A program made the translations under genes and the position numbers. A DNA stretch of 26,255 nucleotides from the NCBI GenBank assembly GCA_040256005.1, contig JBDZWC010000001.1, positions 60,305 to 86,559 on the forward strand, written 5' to 3'. Below the pieces are notes generated by a model. The model was given only the letters and a program-made list of their open reading frames with translations. It was not told the DNA's origin and made no database searches. This document shows, piece after piece, positions 8,322 through 16,016 of the stretch; the stretch's first letter is position 1, and each line of letters starts with the position of its first letter. This DNA is from Deinococcaceae bacterium (lineage in GTDB: Bacteria; Deinococcota; Deinococci; Deinococcales; Trueperaceae).

Positions 8322-8693
8322 ATGGCCGACATGGAGCCGAACGACAGGGAGATCCTCCGACTGGAGCGCAGCTTCTGGTTCAGCGACGCCCCGTTCTACG
8401 AGGCCAACCTGACGGCCGACTGCCGCATGACGTTCCCCAGCCTGGGACTGCTGGACCGCGACCAAGCGATCGCCGGCATAGCAGCGGGCCCACGCTGGGA
8501 CTCGGTTGAGATGCGGGAGGAAAAGGTACAGCGATTGGGGGCAGATGCCGCCGTCGTCTCCTACGCGGCCAGGGCGCGGCGCGGCGAAGAGGTCTACGAG
8601 GCGCTGGTGGGCAGCACGTACGTGTGGGAGAGTGGCACCTGGAAGCTCACCTACCATCAACACACCCCGGTGACGCCCCAGGCAACGAACTAG
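8322..8693 (+). CDS. SnoaL/NTF2-like protein (DUF4440-like)
   Basis: LERSFW...FYEANL..D..M.FP, LGADAAVVSY.A.A, STYV....WKLTYHQHTP. TAGATT lies 5 nt before the ATG at 8322. Confidence 0.8.
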   Translation: MADMEPNDREILRLERSFWFSDAPFYEANLTADCRMTFPSLGLLDRDQAIAGIAAGPRWDSVEMREEKVQRLGADAAVVSYAARARRGEEVYEALVGSTYVWESGTWKLTYHQHTPVTPQATN

Positions 8694-8694
8694 C

Positions 8695-8949
8695 TCAGAG
8701 GTCAGCGTCCTCGAGGGCGGCGCCGAGCTTCTCCAGCTCCTCACGGTTGAGCCGCTCCCGCCTCTCGCGCTCGGTGAGGATCGCCCTGACGTCGGCGGCT
8801 TCGATGAGCAGCGGAGCGGCGGTAGATCCGCGCGACGCTACGCCAGCCTCGACCACCATCTCCATCAAGGCGTCCTCTGACACGCCGAGGACCTCGGCGG
8901 CCTGCGCCAGGGTCAGCGGAGGTTCGGCGCTGTCGCGTCGGCGTGCCAT
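8695..8949 (-). CDS. Small helix-turn-helix protein (HTH_17/excisionase-like) with charged C-terminal helix
   Basis: PLTLAQAAEVLGVSEDAL pattern; it fills the gap between flanking genes. Confidence 0.6.
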   Translation of the reverse strand: MARRRDSAEPPLTLAQAAEVLGVSEDALMEMVVEAGVASRGSTAAPLLIEAADVRAILTERERRERLNREELEKLGAALEDADL

Positions 8950-8995
8950 CAGGAACAGAGGTTACGCCGGACGGGACCGGGGTAGCCTTCGACCG

Positions 8996-10042
8996 GTGAA
9001 CGACCCCACGACACCGACCAAGCCACCCCGGCTACGGGCGGGCGACACGCTCTGCGCCGTGTCGCTGTCGAGCGGCGGGGCGGCCGAACACCCGCTGAGG
9101 TACGAGCAGGGCAAGCGGCAGATGGAGGAGACGTTCGGGGTAAGGGTGATCGACGCCCCCAACGCGACGGCTGACGACGCCTGGCTGTACCGCAACCCGG
9201 AGGCCCGGGCCGACGATCTCCACTGGGCGTTGCAGAACCCCGAGGTGACGGGCATCGTCTCCGCGATCGGCGGCGAAGACTCCGCGCGCATCCTGCCCTA
9301 CGTCGACCCGGCCATCATCCAGAGCAACCCGAAGGTGTTCATGGGCTTCTCGGACGCGACCGTGACGCTCACCGCCTTCAGGAACGCCGGCTTGGTCGCG
9401 TTCCACGGCCCCGCCGTCATGACCGACCTGGCCGAGAACGGCGGCATCGTGCCGTTCGTCGAGCGCAGCGTGCGGCGCAACCTGTTCGAGGCCTGGACCG
9501 GCCCGCTCGAGCACGCGACCGAGTGGACCGAGCAGTACCTGCACTGGGGCGATCCCCGGCTGCTTGCCGAACGGCGACGGTTCTTACCCAGCGAGGGACC
9601 GGCCTGGCTGCAGGGCGCAGGTAGCGTCGAGGGGCGGCTGGAAGGCGGCAACATCGAGGTGCTGGAGTTCCTCAAGGGCACGCCATGGTGGCCGGGAGCC
9701 GAGCGCTGGAGCGGCGCCGTGCTGTGCCTCGAGACCAGCGAGGAGGCCCCATCGGTGAGCGCGGTCAAGCGCTTCCTGCGCAACTACGGCTCGCAGGGCG
9801 TGTTGAGCGTCGCCGCTGCTCTGCTCCTGGCCCGGCCACAGAACTACGCGGCGCGCGACAACTGGTTGCTACAGCAGGGGGTCATCGAGGTGCTCGCCGA
9901 GTTCGGCAGAGAGGACATGCCGGTCGTCGCGAACCTCGACTTCGGCCACACCAGCCCGCAGATGGTGCTGCCGCTGGGCTGTTGGCTCCGCGTCGATTGT
10001 GCGGCACGGCGACTGGTGCTCATGGAGCCGGGGGTCACCTGA
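8996..10042 (+). CDS. S66 family peptidase (LD-carboxypeptidase/MccF-like)
   Basis: KPPRLRAGDT, RADDLHWA, IGGEDS, NPKVFMGFSD (Ser), HGP, LCLETSE (Glu) and FGHTSP (His). Start placed at the GTG at 8996, with TAGCCT 7 nt upstream. Confidence 0.9.
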   Translation: MNDPTTPTKPPRLRAGDTLCAVSLSSGGAAEHPLRYEQGKRQMEETFGVRVIDAPNATADDAWLYRNPEARADDLHWALQNPEVTGIVSAIGGEDSARILPYVDPAIIQSNPKVFMGFSDATVTLTAFRNAGLVAFHGPAVMTDLAENGGIVPFVERSVRRNLFEAWTGPLEHATEWTEQYLHWGDPRLLAERRRFLPSEGPAWLQGAGSVEGRLEGGNIEVLEFLKGTPWWPGAERWSGAVLCLETSEEAPSVSAVKRFLRNYGSQGVLSVAAALLLARPQNYAARDNWLLQQGVIEVLAEFGREDMPVVANLDFGHTSPQMVLPLGCWLRVDCAARRLVLMEPGVT

Positions 10043-10116
10043 ACCGAGCGGCATCCGCTCCCGCCGGGCGCTGGCAGAGAGAGCGACGACCGTGGTCGCG
10101 GTCTCTGGCCCAGGCC

Positions 10117-10929
10117 TCAGGCGTTCAGGTCGGAGTCGCCGCCGCCGAGTAGCAGCGAGCCGAGGTGCAGGCGCGAGGCCTTCGCGACCGCTGCCTCCAC
10201 GACGGGAAGGCTGGCCTCTCCCAACGGGAGGACGAGCTCGGCGCGCGGCCGGGCCACGCCGAAGCCCTGCACGTGAGTCGCCCCGAGCGCCGCGATCCGG
10301 TCGCATAGGGACGCGTCCTCGACGCCTTCGACCACGACGATCGGGAAGCGCTGAGCGAGCTCCAGGACGAAGTCCTCCAGCTGACGGCGGCGGGCGCCCT
10401 CTGCGATGCCGAGGGTCACGCTGCGGTCCACCTTGACGCCGTCGACGAGGTCGCCACGCGGGATGCGGTCGTGCAGGTCCGACTCGGTCACGTCATCGAG
10501 GAGAACGGCACCGCACAGCTCCCCCACGGCGCGGAGGCTGCCCCACAGGCGCCTGCTGTCCCCGAAGCGTTGTTCGGTGAGCTCGATCCTCACTCGCGCG
10601 GCGACGGCCGGCAAGAGACCTTCGAGCGCCTTCGTGGTGGCGGGGCTGACGAGCTGCCGCGGCGAGAGGTTGATGGACACCTGGGCGGAGTCGTGCTGAG
10701 CCAGCACTGCGGCAACGCGTTCGATGCTGAAACGGGTGAACACGTCTTGCCGCTTCTCGGCGAGCCAGTGCGGTAGCACGTCGAGAGGCCCGCGCACCGT
10801 GCCGTCGGGCAGGTTCCAACGGATCAGCGCTTCGGCCCATTCCGGCTCGCGGTCGACCAGAGCTACGACCGGCTGGAACTGGAAGGCCAGCTCGTTGAGA
10901 GGGGGTGTTTCAGTCGCGGATTCGAACAC
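10117..10929 (-). CDS. Stand-alone EAL domain protein (c-di-GMP phosphodiesterase-like)
   Basis: FQPVV, EALIRW, SINLSPRQL, IELTE, LLDD, VKVDRS, VVEGVE and VQGF..ARP. Loop 6 is degenerate (DDVTES rather than DDFGTG). Confidence 0.85.
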   Translation of the reverse strand: MFESATETPPLNELAFQFQPVVALVDREPEWAEALIRWNLPDGTVRGPLDVLPHWLAEKRQDVFTRFSIERVAAVLAQHDSAQVSINLSPRQLVSPATTKALEGLLPAVAARVRIELTEQRFGDSRRLWGSLRAVGELCGAVLLDDVTESDLHDRIPRGDLVDGVKVDRSVTLGIAEGARRRQLEDFVLELAQRFPIVVVEGVEDASLCDRIAALGATHVQGFGVARPRAELVLPLGEASLPVVEAAVAKASRLHLGSLLLGGGDSDLNA

Positions 10930-11075
10930 TGAGGGGTCCCAAGGGACTTCCTAATCGGCGTGGCTGACGTGAAGAAGGTGGAGATGACGAGGATCTGGGT
11001 CCCTGAGAACCTGCCGACCGACGCTGCCACGTACCCCCCTCGGTACGCGTACGCCGGTGGCTACGACGCGGTGGG

Positions 11076-11222
11076 TCAGCCGGCGTCCCACTCGCCCTTC
11101 TGGCCAGCGCTGTCGGCGATCACGGCGTTGGGGGAGAAGGCGTTGGCGACCTGGACGGAACCGAAGGCGAGGCCGAGGACGGTGAGGGTGACGGCGAACG
11201 AACGAGCGATCTTCTTGAACAT
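11076..11222 (-). CDS. 48-aa secreted peptide precursor (not in the ORF track)
   Basis: AGGAGG (11236-11231) lies 8 nt before the ATG. Translation MFKKIARSFAVTLTVLGLAFGSVQVANA|FSPNAVIADSAGQKGEWDAG* has a basic n-region, hydrophobic h-region and A-N-A cleavage site. Third codon positions are mostly G/C. Confidence 0.8.
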   Translation of the reverse strand: MFKKIARSFAVTLTVLGLAFGSVQVANAFSPNAVIADSAGQKGEWDAG

Positions 11223-11247
11223 CGTGAGTACCTCCTGAGATGGATGA

Positions 11248-11342
11248 AAGCTAACTGGGTGGGCGCTTCAGACCCGCTTCAACCTCTGAGGGCCTGCGGT
11301 CCGGCAGTTGATGCGGCGCTGAATCGCCCGCCTGCCTAGCCT
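11248..11342. promoter_or_regulatory. Two divergent mirror-image promoters with heptamer direct repeats
   Basis: Minus: TGAAGCG-ggtc-TGAAGCG-10nt-TAGCTT (11281 to 11248). Plus: TGATGCG-gcgc-TGAATCG-10nt-TAGCCT (11309-11342). Both are followed by an AGGAGGTAC RBS. Confidence 0.7.
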
Positions 11343-11368
11343 TCTGGCACTGATTAGGAGGTACGCAG

Positions 11369-11560
11369 TTGGACAGGTCCGAGGCACTTGCACGACTCTC
11401 GAGGTCGACGCGGTTCCAGTTCGTTGGGGAACGACTGGTGGTCCGTGACGTCGCCCTCCTCAAGGCGATAGCCGAGGTGCAGCGGGTCGAAGAGGAGACC
11501 GGGGTAGCAGCGAGCGCCGAGGCGCAGGTGGCGCCACGCTACGAGCTCTTCGCTGCTTGA
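11369..11560 (+). CDS. 63-aa hypothetical protein
   Basis: Strong AGGAGG RBS before the TTG, its own promoter motif, and a small hairpin just after the stop (TAGCGG..CCGCTA, 11561-11581). Confidence 0.65.
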   Translation: MDRSEALARLSRSTRFQFVGERLVVRDVALLKAIAEVQRVEEETGVAASAEAQVAPRYELFAA

Positions 11561-11647
11561 TAGCGGCTCCTTCGACCGCTAGGCGAGTACACCCACTGGC
11601 GACTTAAGACACGTCAGACCTGGCTGGGACGGGGCTATCCTTCCGGC

Positions 11648-14098
11648 ATGTGGTTGCCGCGCGTCGCCCAAACGGTAGCGGACTCCGATAGGCCCGTCGC
11701 CCTTCTCGGCGGCGAGCCCTTCGGTGTGCCGTTCCTGATCGACGCGCTGGGCAAGCAGGCGCCCTTGGTCTGGTTCGAGCTCGGCCCGGCGGCGTCGGAC
11801 GACCCCGTGGCTCAGGGGAACGCGCTCGCGCGCGCCGTCAACCGGATGTTGACGTCGCCGTTGCTCTCCCTGGCGCTCCCGTACCGGTCGCAACTGTCTG
11901 CGCTGGCACGGTTCAGGTCGGACCTACAGCCTCTGCGCTTCGCGGTCACGACCCATCGCCTCGACCTGCCGTTCTTGGCTGACCTCCTCGAGCTCCATGG
12001 GAACGGTTACTCGGTCTTGCTCGACGTCAGGCAACCGGTCGCCCACGGCGAAGAGGTCCTGTCGCACTGTCGCGTCGTGGGCCATGAACAGCTCATGGTC
12101 ACCCGCGCCGAGGCGGGCGAGATGCTCCCCGCCGCGCTCGACGCCGCTGCCGTGGAAGCGCTCTGGAGGCGTTCCCGGGGCCGCTTCACCGAGCTCAGCG
12201 CCCTGGCGAACGAGGCCGTTAACCTGCCGCGGCTCAACGTGCCCTCACCCGAAGGGCCTCTCCTGCCCCCGGGTCAGGAGGAGTTGATCGATCCGCGCCT
12301 GGCGGTCTACGCCTACATGCGGGAGGGCGACCCGATCTCCGCGCTGGAGCTCGCTGTGTTGCGCGCTCCCGAGCTGGTAGACGACCTGCTCAGGACGGCC
12401 GGACCCAGGTTCCAGTCGGAGGGCCTTCTGGAGCGTCTCCACCTGCTGTTGTCCGCGCTACCGGAGTCGCACTCGCGTGGGGAGCGGGTGCTCGAGTGGC
12501 GCTTGGTGGCAGGCGTGGCCACGAACGACCTGCAGGGCGTGGGGGAGGACGTCGACGCCTACCTCAGCGCCCACTCCGCACCCACGTTGCGCGCCAGACG
12601 CGCAGGGACGATCCGCCATGACAAGGGCTTCGCCATGGCCGAGCAGGCCGCCCAGGCGAGACGCACGCCCGTGACGCTATGGCAGTACGGCAGGCTTCAT
12701 CCCAACGACGAGACGGCTGTCGACCTGCTGCGAGAGAGCGTGCGGCTCGCCGAGGAGCAGGGCAGCGCCTACGACGTGGCGCGCAACGCGTACAGCCTCG
12801 CCTCCCGACTGCTGCACATGGGCGAGTTCACGCGGGCGGCCAGTTGGGCGCGCTGGGCCCTCGACGTGGTCGACCGCGAGCAGCTTCAGGACGGGAACAG
12901 ACGTCTGCAGATCGTCAACCAGTTGGCCATGGCTCGGATCATGACGGGGGACCTTCTGGGGCTCCGGAACCTGTTGGAGGACGCCCAGGCCTTGGTCGAA
13001 GGCAGCTTGCCTCACCTGGCGACGTACTTCCGCAGCACCCTGGCCCAGCTCGAACTGGCCGAGGGCCGTCCGGCCGAGGCGTGCGAGCTGCTCAAGGCGA
13101 CCTACCACGCCAGCCCCAGGAAGTACCGCGGGCGTTACGGGTATCAGCTGGTGCGGGCCCTCCTCGAGCTGGGCCGCTCCGACGAGGCCGTCGAGGTGGC
13201 GAGTGACGTGTGGGAGGTGTCGTCCGCAGGAGGAGGTTTCGAGCGCACCCTCGCGGCTTTGGCTCGTGGCATGGCGGGGGCCGTCACCGGCGCGCAAACG
13301 GCGGCAGACGACCTTCTCGAGGCCATGCTCGATACCGACCTGATCGCGGAGCAGCGCATGACGGCCGCTCTTTACTACCTGCTCGCCACCGGTGGGGCGG
13401 CCCACAACGTGCCAGGCGAGCTGGTGCCGCTCCTGGCCGGCCTGCACCCCATCGGACGAGCGGTACTCAGCGGGCCAGCAGGCGCGTTCGAGCGCGTGTG
13501 GGGCACCCTCTCCTCCCCTCGGGCACCGCTCACGCTCAAGTTCCTGGGTGGCTTCGAGGGCAGGTACGAAGGCGAGGACCTGCAGCTGCCGCCCCGGCTG
13601 GCAGAGGTCGCGTTGGCGATCGCGCTTAACCCGGAGGGCACCACGCGCGACGAGCTGAACGACTTCCTGGCTCCGGCCGGACACGCCCCCTTCACGAGCG
13701 GCGGGATGCGCAGCATCGTCACCCGTCTGCGGCAGGTGCTTCCCGTGAGCGACGCACCCTATCGCTTCACTGTCCATTACGAGGCCGACGTCGTGCAGTT
13801 GCGGGAGCTGATAGGCGCCGGCCGCATCAGGGAGGCCGTCAGCCTCATGAGGGGGCCACTGCTCCCGCACAGCGAGGCTCCCGGCGTGGAGGAGCATCGC
13901 ATGGAGCTCGAGGAACACCTCAGGCAAGCCGTGCTCATGGCCGGTGACCCCGACGCCCTCTACGACCTCGCCGAGAGGCTCACCGACGACCTGGAGTTCT
14001 GGCAGGCCGCCGCCGCGGCCCTGTCGAACGGTGACCCGCGGCTGGCGCTGGCACGCGCCCGGGTCAAGCGCCTCGAGGAAGCGTACGGCTTGTCCTGA
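11648..14098 (+). CDS. Large transcriptional regulator: degenerate MalT/STAND-like N-terminus, TPR-like helical repeats, C-terminal OmpR-type wHTH + BTAD-like (SARP-type) domain
   Basis: C-terminus LKFLGGF..RYEG..LQLPPRLAEVALAIALNPEG.TRDEL...RSIVTRLRQVL, then AVSLMRGPLLP.SEAP.VEEHR..LE. Central Ala/Leu-rich paired helices. TATCCT lies 6 nt before the ATG. Confidence 0.72.
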   Translation: MWLPRVAQTVADSDRPVALLGGEPFGVPFLIDALGKQAPLVWFELGPAASDDPVAQGNALARAVNRMLTSPLLSLALPYRSQLSALARFRSDLQPLRFAVTTHRLDLPFLADLLELHGNGYSVLLDVRQPVAHGEEVLSHCRVVGHEQLMVTRAEAGEMLPAALDAAAVEALWRRSRGRFTELSALANEAVNLPRLNVPSPEGPLLPPGQEELIDPRLAVYAYMREGDPISALELAVLRAPELVDDLLRTAGPRFQSEGLLERLHLLLSALPESHSRGERVLEWRLVAGVATNDLQGVGEDVDAYLSAHSAPTLRARRAGTIRHDKGFAMAEQAAQARRTPVTLWQYGRLHPNDETAVDLLRESVRLAEEQGSAYDVARNAYSLASRLLHMGEFTRAASWARWALDVVDREQLQDGNRRLQIVNQLAMARIMTGDLLGLRNLLEDAQALVEGSLPHLATYFRSTLAQLELAEGRPAEACELLKATYHASPRKYRGRYGYQLVRALLELGRSDEAVEVASDVWEVSSAGGGFERTLAALARGMAGAVTGAQTAADDLLEAMLDTDLIAEQRMTAALYYLLATGGAAHNVPGELVPLLAGLHPIGRAVLSGPAGAFERVWGTLSSPRAPLTLKFLGGFEGRYEGEDLQLPPRLAEVALAIALNPEGTTRDELNDFLAPAGHAPFTSGGMRSIVTRLRQVLPVSDAPYRFTVHYEADVVQLRELIGAGRIREAVSLMRGPLLPHSEAPGVEEHRMELEEHLRQAVLMAGDPDALYDLAERLTDDLEFWQAAAAALSNGDPRLALARARVKRLEEAYGLS

Positions 14099-14110
14099 GG
14101 TGCGCTGACC

Positions 14111-14156
14111 GCGGTGGGCCGAGCCACCGCTACGGACCGTCGCCCCGTGCGGTCCG
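14111..14156. terminator. Two adjacent GC hairpins between convergent genes
   Basis: GCGGTGG/CCACCGC (14111-14130) and CGGACCG/CGGTCCG (14133-14156); no U-tract. Confidence 0.4.
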
Positions 14157-14157
14157 C

Positions 14158-15951
14158 TCAGGCGAGCCGCTCGAGCTCGGCGACGTGCCTCTCGAGCACA
14201 GCGAACGCCCGCTCGATCGGCGCCGCGGTGCTCAGGTCCACGCCCGCGGCCTTGAGCGCCTCGATCGCGGGGACCGAGCTACCGGCTCGCAGGAAACCCA
14301 GGTAGCGCTCCGCCGCCCCGGGCTCGCCCTCGTAGACGTCCTCGGCGAGCGCTGCCGCCGCCGCGATGCCCGCGGCGTACTGGAACGTGTAGAAGGGGAC
14401 GTAGAGGTGACCGAACTCCGCCCACGTGATGCCGACCTGCTCGTCTACCTCTATCGCGTCGCCGTAGCCCTCTGCGAACAGCTCGCGCATCTTCGCGTTC
14501 AGCTCCTGCGCGGAGAGCCCCTCCCCGCGAGCCACGGCTTCGTGTACCCACAGCTCGAACCTCACCAGGGTGGGCATGATGAAGAAGTACCGGTGGAAGT
14601 TGCCGAAGGCCTCGTCCAGCACGTCGAGCCTCGCGTTCGCAGTGGTGAACCGCGACAGCAGGTGGCGCCTGACCAGCGCCTGGTCGAAGTTGGATGCCGT
14701 CTCGGCGGCGACCATGGACACGTCGGTGTAGGCGATCGGTTGCGCCGAGTCCATCAGGACGTCGTGCATCGCGTGACCCAGCTCGTGGGCCAGGGTCGAG
14801 GTAGCTCCCAGGTCGTCCGCGTAGCTCATCATGATCTGCGGCTGGTAGCCGTAGGCATGTGAGCAGAAAGCGCCGTCCCGCTTCCCCCGGTTCGGGTAGA
14901 CGTCTACCCACCGCTCGGTCTCGAGGCCGCGGCGGAGCGGGGCGACGTACTCCGGGCCCAGCGGGGCCATGCCCTCGAGGATCCAGTCGATCGACTGGCG
15001 GTAGGGCACGACCATCGGCTCCGGCGACAGTGGCGCGAAGACGTCCCACTCCTCGAGGCTGTCGAGGCGCAGGAGCTTGCGGCGTGCGGCCCAGTAGCGG
15101 TGCCAGACAGGGAGGTTGGCGGTGAACGTCTCCAGGACTGACTCGAGCACGGCCCTGGGCACCTCGTACGGTTCGAGCGCCTGTGCCAGCGTGTCGTCGT
15201 AGGCGCGCGCCCTGGCCGTGAACACGGCTTGCTTCACGCGACCGAGGTAGAGCTCGCTGAGCGTGTCGGAGTAGGCGAGGAAGCCCTTCTTGAACGAGCG
15301 GTAGGCCGCCTCGCGCAGGGCCCGGTCACGTGAGCCCCTGAGCGCGGGGTAGGTGCTGCGCTCGACGACGTACTCCTGGCCACCGACCCGCAGGGGCTCG
15401 AACCGGATCTCTCCGTTGGCGAGGCTGTTGTAGGCGCGCTGAGCAGCGCCGAACGGGTCGCCGAGGCCCTGGAGAAGCTCCTCGACCTCCGTCGAGCGCA
15501 CGTGCGGGCGTCGCGCCTCCAGCATCTCGAAGTAGCGGCTCAGGTAACCCAAGGCGGGCTCTTCCCGCACGAACGCCTCGAGCTTGTCGCTGCCCAGCGC
15601 GAGGAGTTCGGGCACGACGAACGCCAGGCGCTGTCTGACCCGGTTACGAAGCGCCAGGAACTCGCCGGCCTTCTTGCGCGCCTCCTGGTCATGCTGGTCG
15701 ACGTTGACCGGCAGCGTGGCGTAGTTGCTGAGTCGCTGAAGCGTGGCGTCGAGGCCGAACTTGAGTTCCAGGAACTCGGCCAGGGTGGCGGCCGACTCGC
15801 CGAGTCGCCCCCGATAGGCGGCGACGGTCTCGGCCTCGGCCGTGATGCGCGCCAGGTCGGAGCGGTACTCGTCCTCCGTGGCGTACAGGACCGAGAGGTC
15901 CCAGGTGTAGGCGGGGTCGAGCTCGGAGCGTGCTGGCATCGTGACTGGCAT
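14158..15951 (-). CDS. pepF: Oligoendopeptidase F (M3B)
   Basis: TWDLS.LY, RWVDVYPNRGKRDGAF, TLAHELGHAMH (HExxH), AETASNF and HLYVPFYTFQYA. Start placed at 15951, with TACACT 6 nt upstream. Confidence 0.93.
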   Translation of the reverse strand: MPVTMPARSELDPAYTWDLSVLYATEDEYRSDLARITAEAETVAAYRGRLGESAATLAEFLELKFGLDATLQRLSNYATLPVNVDQHDQEARKKAGEFLALRNRVRQRLAFVVPELLALGSDKLEAFVREEPALGYLSRYFEMLEARRPHVRSTEVEELLQGLGDPFGAAQRAYNSLANGEIRFEPLRVGGQEYVVERSTYPALRGSRDRALREAAYRSFKKGFLAYSDTLSELYLGRVKQAVFTARARAYDDTLAQALEPYEVPRAVLESVLETFTANLPVWHRYWAARRKLLRLDSLEEWDVFAPLSPEPMVVPYRQSIDWILEGMAPLGPEYVAPLRRGLETERWVDVYPNRGKRDGAFCSHAYGYQPQIMMSYADDLGATSTLAHELGHAMHDVLMDSAQPIAYTDVSMVAAETASNFDQALVRRHLLSRFTTANARLDVLDEAFGNFHRYFFIMPTLVRFELWVHEAVARGEGLSAQELNAKMRELFAEGYGDAIEVDEQVGITWAEFGHLYVPFYTFQYAAGIAAAAALAEDVYEGEPGAAERYLGFLRAGSSVPAIEALKAAGVDLSTAAPIERAFAVLERHVAELERLA

Positions 15952-16016
15952 GCCGAGAGTGTAAAGCGGGTCGATACGCACAGCGCATCGACCCGCCCGG
16001 GACCCACCGCCGGCGG

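Noticed and set aside
8624..8995. N-terminal extension of the S66 ORF
   Set aside because: It overlaps two other genes; family similarity and a -10 element point to the GTG at 8996.
11076..11222. Peptide as a RiPP/bacteriocin precursor with S66 as MccF-like immunity
   Set aside because: No modifying enzymes or dedicated exporter nearby; the Sec-type leader and adjacent regulator fit signalling better, though this is not fully excluded.
10960..11238. 92-aa plus-strand ORF
   Set aside because: No RBS or recognisable motif; it is the antisense shadow of the 48-aa peptide gene, which has a perfect RBS, a signal peptide and better codon bias.
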